From: a virus
Taxonomy: Duplodnaviria; Caudoviricetes
Direction: 5' to 3' (one strand)
Virus record (IMG/VR): IMGVR_UViG_3300046779_001651
Coordinates: 1 to 27,317 of that record
Length of the DNA stretch: 27,317 bases
Within the stretch, counting starts at the first letter, position 1. Every line of letters begins with the position of its first letter. The notes beneath the pieces are model-generated. The model saw only the letters and a program-made list of their open reading frames with translations. It ran no database searches and was not told the origin of the DNA. This document shows positions 17,801-25,957 of this stretch, one piece after another. The position numbers and the translations under genes were made by a program.

Positions 17801-20800
17801 TGAGCCTCCAGTGTCAATACGGAAGGCGTTTCCATCCTCGTCAATGATGATGTTGTCGTTTACCAGACCTGCGACGTCCCAGTTTGCCAGCCATGCGTCA
17901 ATGGCAAAGCCTTCTTGGATTTGTTTCTTTGTCTCAGGGGTTAGCTCGACGTCATTGAGTACATTTCCTGGAAGTATCTCTGAGAAGATCTTGCGCTTTC
18001 CGTCATCAGCGGAGCCAACCTTCATCTCTGCTGCATTTACACCTGCAAGCTTGTAAAGTGCTGACGCAAGTACCTCGTTGTCAGCGTGGTTATCTGACTT
18101 AGGAGTCTTAACGTAGTACTCAGTGCCTTGGGCATCCTTGTAAGTACCGCCCTGGTTTGAACCTTGCTGTGGACCAACCTGCTCAAAGCCCTCAAGGTCG
18201 TATTCCTGACCAAAGCCATTGATGATGTCGTTGATTGGATCCTCGACAACTGATTCAGCTGGCTCGTCAATTGGCTCTGATGCCTCGATGTCGTCAGCTG
18301 TGCTTGCAACGTCCTTTAGGATCTGATTTGTGTCAACACCTTGAATCTGCAGTGCATCACGTACAGCCTCGATGTCTACGGTTGCCTCAAAGCCATCTTC
18401 AATCGGGTACTCAAGGAGAGCCTTACCTTCGCCGTCCTCAACACCACCAATAAAGACGTTAACCAAGTCATCAGTTGCCCACATACGTGCGATGTACGCA
18501 GGTGAGTCAGTGTACTCAGGGTGTACCTCGGCGTTTTTCTCATCGTCAACAACGTAAGGTTCTGGAGACGGAGTGTAGTAGCTGCCTGGAAGGTCAACTT
18601 CCTCGTTTGTAAGAAGTAGATCTTGATAATCATCATCTAGACCTTCAAGAACCATGCCGCGCTTGTCTAGTTTTTCAATGTCAACGTTGTAGAGTGTCTT
18701 TCCAGCGGCGTTCACGCTCTCACGAACGTCTACGATCTTGAAGTCGCCCCAGCCGAGGAACTCGTTCTCTTCACCAAACATTGAGATGTTGCTGATTGGT
18801 GAAACGCTGGCCTTTCCAGCCTTAACGTTGAAGATTACAGCCGCATGGTCAGGGTTTCCACCAAACGCTCCTGCAAACTTACCAGCCATTGCCTTGTCGT
18901 TTGAGAAGCTGCGTGCATCAAGAGATATCACGCCATCTTTCTCGGTGTAGGACGCGAGTTGATCACTGCCTATAGCAAGTGGAACACCACGATACATCGT
19001 GGTGGTGTTTGGCTGAGAAGAAGCAACGACTAGTCGATAGAACGAACCGGCAAGTGAGTTCTTGTCATCGATGCTTTCACTGCCGTCGGTGATCTTCTTC
19101 TTGCTGCGAACTAAGTCTGAGTAATATCCAAACTTCTCAAATACAGCGTCGATCTCTTCAGGGGTTGGCTCTGATCCGTTGTATGACTGGATAGCAGTGC
19201 CAATTGCCTCCCAGAGCATGGTCTCGTCACCCTTTTGGGTTAGACCACCATCTGCTGATAGCAGCATTCCATGAAGCGCACGGTATGCCTGCTCCTCGTC
19301 ATCAGAGCCGTTTAGTGCCCAGCCGATGTATTTGCCAAGGAACTCTCCAAGGTTATCGTTCTTGCCACTAATTAGATCCTTCGCGATGTCGCGAATAAAG
19401 ACGTTGTCCTCACCATCATTGGCAAGTTGCTGCATCTGTGATGTTGCAAGAACGGCTGCGTCTGGTTGAGCAACCTCCTCGTTCAGCGCAACGATGTCCA
19501 TTGAGTCCTTGTCGAAGTCGTCAATAAGAACTGAAGGCTCCTGTGCCTTGACGTCCTCGCCCTTGCGAAGTGATTCAACCATGTCCTGGTTCTTAGACTC
19601 GCCTGTGCCAAGGTCGTAAAGCTCAGCGGTAATTAGTTCCGCGTCCTCGCCCTGTTCCTTGAGCGCGGTATAGATCGCCTCAGCTGGAACGTACTCGTCG
19701 CCCTCGCTAAACTCAAGTGAGCCATAGCCTGATGCGTTCTTTACCTTTGCTTGTGGCTTCTTTTTCTTTGGACCTGGCTTGGACTTCTTCTCGCCCTCCT
19801 CCTCATCTTCGAGGTCATCGTAGAAGTCGTCCATAAACTCTGTTGCGAAATCCTTGATTCCACGAAGTGCCTGCGCGAGAGCGGCCTTGAGATCCTCTGA
19901 ACCAAATCGGTTGGCAAGAACCTTAGGGTCATCAGTATAGTCAGGGCTATCCTGTCCAGTTGGTCCCTCTGGCTCGTAGTCCTCAGGCATGTAAAGCTTG
20001 TATGCACCTTCTGGTGTTGTCCAGTCTATATCGCCTGTTGGTGTTGCCGCCTTTGGAGCTTCAACTGGTGCTGGAGCCTCTGGCTCTGGTGCTACCTCTG
20101 GCTCTGGAGCGATCTCCTCGGCTTCTGGTGCAAGCGCAACGTCCTCGTTTGGATCTTCAAAGATCTTGAACTTCTTTTTCTTGCCTTCACTCCACTCAAC
20201 CATGTCGCCGGAGTCTGTGGAGGAGATCTTTTCAATTGTCTTAGGCTCACCCTTGACAAGAATCTTGTCGCCAACCTCAAGATCACTTGCCTTCTTGCTG
20301 TCTGGCAGTGTTGCCTTTATCTCGTCGGCTGAATCTTGCTTGCCAAATGGCTTAAACTCAGCTGGAACGTTTCTGATGGCGTTAAGTTTCTTCTCAAACG
20401 CAGCCCAGGCACTTTTCTGCGCAGGCTGTGGAAGATCAACGTAACCGCGAGTCTCGTAGTCCTCAAGCGCACTTGCCCAGTCCTTGTCCTCCTTAAGCTT
20501 CTCAAGAAGTTCCTCACCTGTGGCACCGTTATCAAACATGTCGCGAAGTTCACCGTCGGTGTCAAATGGCTCAAGCACATCGAGTGCAGCCTCGCGACGC
20601 GCGTTGACGTCTGCTTCTACTGTCTCAGCAAAACCTTGCTCTGCGTCGGCCCAGTTATCAAACTTTTGGTTTTGGTATAGACCTTGAAGTCCACCGTCCT
20701 TGGTGTGAGTGAGGGTTCCAGTGTATCCTTGCTCAGTGCGCTTGTATGACGCAACGTCCTCTATGCGTGTTTCAAAAAATTGGATTGGGTTACTGCTTGG

Positions 20801-22345
20801 CGTAAGTGCAGATTCATCTACTGAGATCTCCCAGCCTTCTGGAATCTCATTGCCAAATGGATCAAGTCCCTTGTCAAGGTTGGCACGGATCTCTGCGATC
20901 TGTTGTGCCTGTTCCTTTTCCTGCTCGGCAACCTTGATCTTTACAGCTTCCCAGTACGCCTTGTTTTCCTCTGAAGCCTTATCAGCAAGTTGCTTCTTTT
21001 CAGCTGACTTTGTCTTAACCTCGTCGTAGTAGTCTTGGTCATTCTCGATGAAGTCAATCGTGTCAGCCCAGCTTTGAGAAAGACCGACTGTCTGTTCTTT
21101 AACAATGCCATCTTCATCGTCACGGCGTAGGAACATCCATGGGGCATTTTCCTTATCCCATGCGTGCTTCTTTAGACGGTATCCACCAGCCAAATCCTTT
21201 GTTGCGATGTTTCCATCAAGAACCTTTGGTCCAGCTATCGGCGAGTTTGCCTTGTTTTGGTTGTTGGCCTTTACGAACGCATCGTTGAGAACCTGCATGT
21301 CAGTGCCTGGCGCGTACCAGTCAACGCGGTAGCCGTCGTCTGTCTTGAAAACCTTGTCAGGACCATCCTCGCCGTCCTTCTTCTCGGAGACAAGTGTCCA
21401 ACCGGCAGGAACGTCAATTGGCTGCAGGCTTGAAAGCTCAACCGCGTCAACGTCAGACGGAAGTGTTACTTCTGCTGAATCATCAGGAAGTGCTGAGTCA
21501 GGAAGGATTGCCTTGATTGCCTCAACCTGAGACGCAGGGACGTCATATAGACCATCCTTGAGTGTTGGGTCGTTACGAACCTCGATTTGGAAGCCATCAG
21601 TCTTGTCAGAGTTTGCAACGAACTTGCCGACGATTGACGAGATCTTTCCGTCAAGACCCTTTAGGAAGAACTGCATTCCTCCACCCTGCTCAGCAAATCG
21701 ACCCTTACGGTCACGACGCTGCGCACGGGCACGGGCTGAGCGGGAGGCGGAGTCATTTCCACCTGCTGCAATGATTGCAACGACCGTCTCGAGCTTCTCC
21801 GTGGTTGAGATAAGAATATCCTGTGGAACAAGTCCAGCTGCAACCATGCTAAGTCGTGCAAGTGCGTGCTGATGCTCTACTGAGCCAGCCTGTGATCCAT
21901 ATACTGATGCAACGATGCCACGCACGGAGTCATCAATGCGTGGATCAGCGGCAATCCATCGGGCAACAACATTTGAGTACGCTGAGGCGGTCATGGAGTG
22001 CCCACGAGTTGACAGTGGGTGACCGATTGGCAAAAGGTCACGGTGGTTTGTTACACCTACAGGTACGTTTCCATCAACTGCAAGAGTTAGGAATGACGCT
22101 ACCTCCTTGTAGGCGGCAAAAAATCGTGATTGACGGTCTAGGCCAGCCGTCTTGTTTAGTGAGCGTGACGCAACGGTCTCGATGTCACGTTGGGTGACGC
22201 GTCGTTCTGCTGGAACACGTCCGTTTTGCTCAGCGGCAAGCTCACTAATAGCCTTACGTAGACTTTTAGCGTTCCTTGGCTTTACCTTTGAGGCAACGGA
22301 TGCTTTGTCCTGCTGCGCAATTAGGTCGTTTAGATACGACAGCAT
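14888..22345 (-). CDS. 2485-aa multidomain head-associated effector protein (R-S-E ADP-ribosyltransferase, kinase-like, WYL, SH3-like, C-terminal ART-like)
   Basis: MYRGV..RSFS..EENEF; YYVK..NEVLA..DAWLANWD..NII..RIDTGGSL; AI..G.EISF.Y..R.V.P; QHN..GLLS..DYVF..YELMF. Lies between portal and protease, where MuF-toxin fusions often occur. Confidence 0.75.
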   Translation of the reverse strand: MLSYLNDLIAQQDKASVASKVKPRNAKSLRKAISELAAEQNGRVPAERRVTQRDIETVASRSLNKTAGLDRQSRFFAAYKEVASFLTLAVDGNVPVGVTNHRDLLPIGHPLSTRGHSMTASAYSNVVARWIAADPRIDDSVRGIVASVYGSQAGSVEHQHALARLSMVAAGLVPQDILISTTEKLETVVAIIAAGGNDSASRSARARAQRRDRKGRFAEQGGGMQFFLKGLDGKISSIVGKFVANSDKTDGFQIEVRNDPTLKDGLYDVPASQVEAIKAILPDSALPDDSAEVTLPSDVDAVELSSLQPIDVPAGWTLVSEKKDGEDGPDKVFKTDDGYRVDWYAPGTDMQVLNDAFVKANNQNKANSPIAGPKVLDGNIATKDLAGGYRLKKHAWDKENAPWMFLRRDDEDGIVKEQTVGLSQSWADTIDFIENDQDYYDEVKTKSAEKKQLADKASEENKAYWEAVKIKVAEQEKEQAQQIAEIRANLDKGLDPFGNEIPEGWEISVDESALTPSSNPIQFFETRIEDVASYKRTEQGYTGTLTHTKDGGLQGLYQNQKFDNWADAEQGFAETVEADVNARREAALDVLEPFDTDGELRDMFDNGATGEELLEKLKEDKDWASALEDYETRGYVDLPQPAQKSAWAAFEKKLNAIRNVPAEFKPFGKQDSADEIKATLPDSKKASDLEVGDKILVKGEPKTIEKISSTDSGDMVEWSEGKKKKFKIFEDPNEDVALAPEAEEIAPEPEVAPEPEAPAPVEAPKAATPTGDIDWTTPEGAYKLYMPEDYEPEGPTGQDSPDYTDDPKVLANRFGSEDLKAALAQALRGIKDFATEFMDDFYDDLEDEEEGEKKSKPGPKKKKPQAKVKNASGYGSLEFSEGDEYVPAEAIYTALKEQGEDAELITAELYDLGTGESKNQDMVESLRKGEDVKAQEPSVLIDDFDKDSMDIVALNEEVAQPDAAVLATSQMQQLANDGEDNVFIRDIAKDLISGKNDNLGEFLGKYIGWALNGSDDEEQAYRALHGMLLSADGGLTQKGDETMLWEAIGTAIQSYNGSEPTPEEIDAVFEKFGYYSDLVRSKKKITDGSESIDDKNSLAGSFYRLVVASSQPNTTTMYRGVPLAIGSDQLASYTEKDGVISLDARSFSNDKAMAGKFAGAFGGNPDHAAVIFNVKAGKASVSPISNISMFGEENEFLGWGDFKIVDVRESVNAAGKTLYNVDIEKLDKRGMVLEGLDDDYQDLLLTNEEVDLPGSYYTPSPEPYVVDDEKNAEVHPEYTDSPAYIARMWATDDLVNVFIGGVEDGEGKALLEYPIEDGFEATVDIEAVRDALQIQGVDTNQILKDVASTADDIEASEPIDEPAESVVEDPINDIINGFGQEYDLEGFEQVGPQQGSNQGGTYKDAQGTEYYVKTPKSDNHADNEVLASALYKLAGVNAAEMKVGSADDGKRKIFSEILPGNVLNDVELTPETKKQIQEGFAIDAWLANWDVAGLVNDNIIIDEDGNAFRIDTGGSLLYRAMGAPKGSAFGGEVTELETLRDPKKNAASAALFGDMTDEDIKNSASKLLDISHDDIDNLVDSLVADEESATQLKDTLKARRNFILEKYDLLGEDTSLIVENVKVEDEETQTPEPEQPTPPAPEVPSDAPGNPYVTSDGVPIEPGMKVRHKKTGEVGTVVKYDKGNSNYVYVQGDDGTIKNKSTKQLESVNGGGGGSPEEPTPEAPSAPETTPEVQPEVIPEPEPEAAPEASNAPEGPVVIDTSKSVEDAVSQIEQAIADGKEISFYYNGKLRNVKPQSVWQNPKNGKINVYAVDLGDENKVKNFTVQNMQAIPEGEESVSAQKPEAPAAEKPLQLHAQWIKDLMAQKGNEITDEQAIKIRDLIEENGLIEKWSSADDADVIDAITEVLGPDLTDDELAPAPESSVDPATTEEQITDVPDAEPEAPETIEEPAIAPGAKVTDKKGKTGTIVKGPNKDDYVYVEFDDGTKGWRSVGSVSTTGEFNNTYKKPTTKKAPKGKITPAGVSAVFVENPAEWDSSDFPDVPSLSDAIALVQNPDITSAGMKGASAAIDSDSIEDLDVRIMRVQDAEGNDGIRLKFKLTSWAGNEKAKELLNIPQDQYEANGIKKDSLSIDRIDIGPDGTGKISKDKNAYHGEGLTWTITTKDGIVIKFNRANYDATAKLSTSKYGRPTAFHNLVQIQAPADATNEQITEALKVAGVSDVRPATQADARILVENRLMSIFDGKVDATKNPKGADREASLQRIKDKYGITADDVVVSTGASGRIETRLSEEGAKKIVEATGSPTAIQHNISVPGFYGKSDEFESRTDWITNLLATPQEGLLSTTTRWTEGIGTSGMSSAADVGTGGADYVFTKPVKVADGKTYGVSGMVMYFDPVKLYQRLDFYANSYDSFGKRVSNQDVINAAKVGAYELMFKHRVSFDDLDSIIVNNQATRTAVIQKLRQKGITEIGGRPLEAMILIGSNVSV

Positions 22346-23016
22346 TAGTTTTCCTCTCGCACAGACTTAGGAAGTAGATCCGCGTCCTTTGACATGTGTA
22401 ACGCCGATGCTAGGATCATCGCACGCTTAAAAGGTGATTCGTTTTCACGTACGCCACGCAGCCAAGCCGCGCGAAGTGCTGGAATGATCTCATAGCCTTG
22501 GCCAGAAAGTTCCGCAAACGCAAGAAGTGCGTGCTCTGGCGAGTCATACTCGTGTTCTGGTCTTAAAAATACATGTGTGCTTGCAACTAGAGCAGCTGAA
22601 TACGCCAGCGAGTTCTCACCGTGCGTTGAGCGTGGGTGTCCTGACGGCAAAAGATCGTTGTCCTGCTTGTAGTTTGCGTTTGCAGGGCGACCAGACTTTA
22701 AGAGACGCAGGAACGCATTCACACGCGCTAGTGCCCACTGGTCACGGGTTTTACCGGGACGGTGTGAGCTTGAATACGCTCCTGCGCCACGACGGTATAC
22801 CGCCTTAAGCATGGAGAGTGTTGCCTTGCGGCCTTCAGGAGCCTTCTTGTTGTGCTCCTCCATCTTGTTACGAAGAGTTTCCTCGGTCTTCTTGGAGAAA
22901 GTTATCTTTCCCTTGCCGTCAGCACTGCCAGGCTTGTTCTTATCAGAGCCGTAGATCTTGTCCTTTGCAGGTGCAGGGCGTGATGACGCAAACTCGCTAG
23001 GCTGTTGGTTGCTCAT
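22345..23016 (-). CDS. Basic hypothetical head-module protein (VYRRG.GA..SHRPG..QW..ARV domain)
   Basis: 223 aa overlapping the portal stop; the motif recalls DUF5824-like viral domains (from memory, unverified). Confidence 0.7.
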   Translation of the reverse strand: MSNQQPSEFASSRPAPAKDKIYGSDKNKPGSADGKGKITFSKKTEETLRNKMEEHNKKAPEGRKATLSMLKAVYRRGAGAYSSSHRPGKTRDQWALARVNAFLRLLKSGRPANANYKQDNDLLPSGHPRSTHGENSLAYSAALVASTHVFLRPEHEYDSPEHALLAFAELSGQGYEIIPALRAAWLRGVRENESPFKRAMILASALHMSKDADLLPKSVREEN

Positions 23017-24721
23017 TTGCCTCTTCCTCTACTGGCTGTGTCTCAGCGGGAGTCTCACTAGGTCCCTTGAGAAGTCGTTCAACCTCAGGTGGAATTGGCG
23101 CAACGCTTGACGCCTGCGACGCAAGACGTGTTGCCTTCATGACCTCAGGAGCGACGGCGTTGAGCATCGCCTCAGTAAGTTCTGGTGTGACTGAGCCCTT
23201 CTCAATGAGAAGACGCAGCGCAACTTCCTTAGCCTCTGGAGCATCGGACTCAGAGAATCCGTGTGCACGACGCCAGGTGTCGAATGAAACGGCCATGCGG
23301 TCGAAACCAGAGTCAGCGTCTGCCGCACGGTCATTACGTGTTGCAACCTGGCTTGGGTCGTACCAAACGCATACGCGGTCAACGTCAGCTGGGTTAAATC
23401 CATTTGCCAACAGGTAAGGACGTAGGTACACGATTGTCAATGCGTCTGAGATGAGAAGCATCAACGGCTCGATGTGTGCCTTGTATAAGGACTCGTCAAT
23501 CTGTAGGGCGTTTGAGTACTTGACATTTGCAAGACCTGTAACGACATCCTTTGGAACGTCTAGACCCTGCAGGATGCGCTCAAGCACGCGATCCGCGCGT
23601 TCAGCAAGGGAAGGGTCGAACGAGCGCTCAAACTTGAATTGCTTGATCTTGTCACCAAGCTCAGCAGGACCGCGAATAATCAAAGGAACAACCGCACTGG
23701 CTGAGTCCTCGTCACGAATCGGCGTGGTCATCGCGTCGATAAGCTGGTCTTCAAACTCGTCGGCTGCCTCCTCAGGAGTCATCTCCGTTGAGGTAATGTC
23801 CGTCTCATCATCAAATGGATAGTCAGAGTCGGCTGAACCAGCGACTGACAAACCATCTGGAAGGTAAAGTGCTCCAGCGTTGAGGCGTGAGCGTGCGGTC
23901 GCACGGAACGTACGGTTTAGAAGTAGAAGCTCAGCGCAAAGATCGAGGATACCGCGAAGGCTTGAATCCGCCTCATCGGAGAAACGTGGGTGTGCCTTCC
24001 AGATACGTCCAACGAACGCACCCTTTGGAATGTTGATGCCACCCTTTGAGTTTCCGCCGCCTGACGCAAACGCAAGCTCGCGACGTGGAAGGATCGAGTA
24101 GTTACCCTTTGCGTCAATCTGAAGCTCATCAGTTGAGCGAATATCCCATGACTCTGGAAGACCAGAACCAGGACGCTCGGGGAACTGAACGAGGTAGCAC
24201 TCGCCGGTGACTGAAAGATTTAGTGCCGCATCCTTGAGCATGCCAGCCTGGCCACCGTATGCGGAGTCGAGGCGGGAGATGGCGCGTTCTGCCGCGCTGG
24301 CAAGACGAGCGTCAACTGAATCAGAGTTGCGGATTGGAATAGGTGCCTCAGTTGGATCCTGAACGATAGCCGCGTAAAGACGGATACGGGATACAACGGA
24401 TGCAACAAGGTTAAAGGCGTACTTGATTTCGCCGATCGCGTCGTAGTATTCCCACGCCTCGTTTTGCCACGCAGCGGAACCAGACATGCGTCGGTTCTTG
24501 AACTGCTCAGCCTCGCCCTTATCGTTAAGCTTTACCTGTGCGGCAGCGGCAGTTAGAGGGCGTGGTGATGAGTACGCGCCGGACTGTGCAGGTGCGACAC
24601 CTGGACCGACAAACTGAATACTTGGATTAGACAGACGAGTCTGCGAACTAGCTGATGCGCGAAGTGCCGCGCGGCGGGCTGCTCTATTTGTTGGTTGAGG
24701 TTCCTTGCGGAAGATGCCCAT
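22997..24721 (-). CDS. Portal protein
   Basis: WQ.EAW.YYD.IGE, L.V.GE.Y, RIW..HP...EADS, SA.VP and GLD.P motifs of cluster B-type portals; GAGGAG RBS. Confidence 0.88.
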   Translation of the reverse strand: MGIFRKEPQPTNRAARRAALRASASSQTRLSNPSIQFVGPGVAPAQSGAYSSPRPLTAAAAQVKLNDKGEAEQFKNRRMSGSAAWQNEAWEYYDAIGEIKYAFNLVASVVSRIRLYAAIVQDPTEAPIPIRNSDSVDARLASAAERAISRLDSAYGGQAGMLKDAALNLSVTGECYLVQFPERPGSGLPESWDIRSTDELQIDAKGNYSILPRRELAFASGGGNSKGGINIPKGAFVGRIWKAHPRFSDEADSSLRGILDLCAELLLLNRTFRATARSRLNAGALYLPDGLSVAGSADSDYPFDDETDITSTEMTPEEAADEFEDQLIDAMTTPIRDEDSASAVVPLIIRGPAELGDKIKQFKFERSFDPSLAERADRVLERILQGLDVPKDVVTGLANVKYSNALQIDESLYKAHIEPLMLLISDALTIVYLRPYLLANGFNPADVDRVCVWYDPSQVATRNDRAADADSGFDRMAVSFDTWRRAHGFSESDAPEAKEVALRLLIEKGSVTPELTEAMLNAVAPEVMKATRLASQASSVAPIPPEVERLLKGPSETPAETQPVEEEANEQPTA

Positions 24722-24762
24722 GAATTAGTTCTCCTCGTCGTGTAACGGAACGTGTTGATTCA

Positions 24763-25059
24763 CTAGCCATCAACCCGTGCAGCTATAAGACCAACAGCGG
24801 CGGATAGCGCTAAGACAAGCATAATCGCGATTGTTGGTACAGGTACTATAGTATACAGGATCACGGTAAGTGATGCGACCCAAAAGCTTGTACACCAGTA
24901 GCAAGAGATCAGATAGCCGATTCCCTTTTCATATCCCCAACGGTCCCATATCCAGTTTCGGATGCCCTCGGTGATGGTGTCTTGAATAATCAGGCGGGTC
25001 AGTCGATAGACCCCCAGTATGAGAATTATCAGATGTGATAACTGTATGTCCATGTCCAT
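24763..25059 (-). CDS. DUF1360-like membrane protein
   Basis: L..YRLTRLI..D.I and L.SC.WC.S.W motifs with hydrophobic helices; AGGAG RBS supports a start at 25059 rather than 25164. Confidence 0.75.
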   Translation of the reverse strand: MDMDIQLSHLIILILGVYRLTRLIIQDTITEGIRNWIWDRWGYEKGIGYLISCYWCTSFWVASLTVILYTIVPVPTIAIMLVLALSAAVGLIAARVDG

Positions 25060-25066
25060 GTGTCTC

Positions 25067-25432
25067 CTATTTCCCTGGGTCCTTGCTTGAATAAACGTGT
25101 CGATATGGATTCCAACTACGTAGGCGTGAGCCACAGCCGCAGTTTTCGTCCTTCTTGTAGGCAATCATCTTGCCTGTCTTGGTTACGACGTGCGAGTCCT
25201 GGGTACGAGACCCTGACTTATTAAACTCCACGTGTTCCTCGTTAAATACGATTACTGGTCCCTGTGGACCGTCATGGGCAACGATGATACGCTCAGGCGT
25301 TACGACAACGCGTGCCTTCGTGAGCTGGTAGGCTCCAGCCGTCACGGGGCTTGAGTGTAGATCAGCTAAAACCATTGACTCCGGAGGAGCCACGGCGATA
25401 AAGGCCGGGAAGACATCGTGAATGATCTGCAT
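25067..25432 (-). CDS. Hypothetical protein with C-terminal CGCGS motif
   Basis: 121 aa, TAATG coupling to the upstream gene. Confidence 0.7.
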   Translation of the reverse strand: MQIIHDVFPAFIAVAPPESMVLADLHSSPVTAGAYQLTKARVVVTPERIIVAHDGPQGPVIVFNEEHVEFNKSGSRTQDSHVVTKTGKMIAYKKDENCGCGSRLRSWNPYRHVYSSKDPGK

Positions 25433-25923
25433 TATTTTCCTAGCCTTCGTGCCATCGCGCGATACGTAACTCCGGCGGCCTCGGCAAGCTCCTTGACCGT
25501 CACGTTCTTTTCATTAAGTGCAATACATATTTCAGTTAATGAAAGGTTGGCACGTGCCTGAGGTGAATCGGGGTTCATCTTCGATCGGTATGTTCTGGCA
25601 AGCGGAGCGTGTAGGCGAATCTGCGCAAGCTCGTCGGCCGAGATCCCTGGCGACACTGGACGACGGGATACATACCCTGTACGAACACGTGGTTTAGGAA
25701 TCGGTGTCTCTAGAGGCGACTGAGTGTATCGACGAACCATCCACGAGCGAACGGTTGAGCGTCGGCGTGGTGGATTAAAGGCATTGCCCATGGACTGCAG
25801 CGTCCAACCTGCGTTAAACAGGTCGTTTAGTCGCGTGGCAAGTTCATCATCGAAAAGCTTGTTGAGAATCGCCGCCTCAGTTGCGGGTAGGCTCTGTTGA
25901 CGAGCCGGGCGACGTTTTTCCAT
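25432..25923 (-). CDS. Helix-turn-helix DNA-binding protein (two HTH-like segments)
   Basis: GWTLQSMGNAF..RRSTVRSW and VTVKELAEAAGVTYRAMARRL; likely leaderless start at 25923 (alternative 25935). Confidence 0.72.
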   Translation of the reverse strand: MEKRRPARQQSLPATEAAILNKLFDDELATRLNDLFNAGWTLQSMGNAFNPPRRRSTVRSWMVRRYTQSPLETPIPKPRVRTGYVSRRPVSPGISADELAQIRLHAPLARTYRSKMNPDSPQARANLSLTEICIALNEKNVTVKELAEAAGVTYRAMARRLGK

Positions 25924-25949
25924 GTGTACAACCATAACACAAATTGTAC
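25924..25949 (-). promoter_or_regulatory. -10 element TATGGT inside a GTACAA-N12-TTGTAC inverted repeat
   Basis: TATGGT at 25936-25931, 7 nt before the ATG; repeat arms at 25926-25931 and 25944-25949. Confidence 0.45.
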
Positions 25950-25957
25950 TTTATGAG

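Noticed and set aside
9368-22345. Inteins explaining the size of the giant proteins
   Set aside because: No intein splice-junction (C...HN) or LAGLIDADG motifs seen.
147-24101. Numerous plus-strand ORFs (e.g. 507..947, 1512..1916, 8561..9268, 12012..12473)
   Set aside because: Antisense shadows of long minus-strand genes; Ser/Ala-rich, no recognisable motifs.
25060-25164. Longer start for the DUF1360-like gene
   Set aside because: Overlaps the upstream gene by ~100 nt; a good RBS sits before the ATG at 25059.
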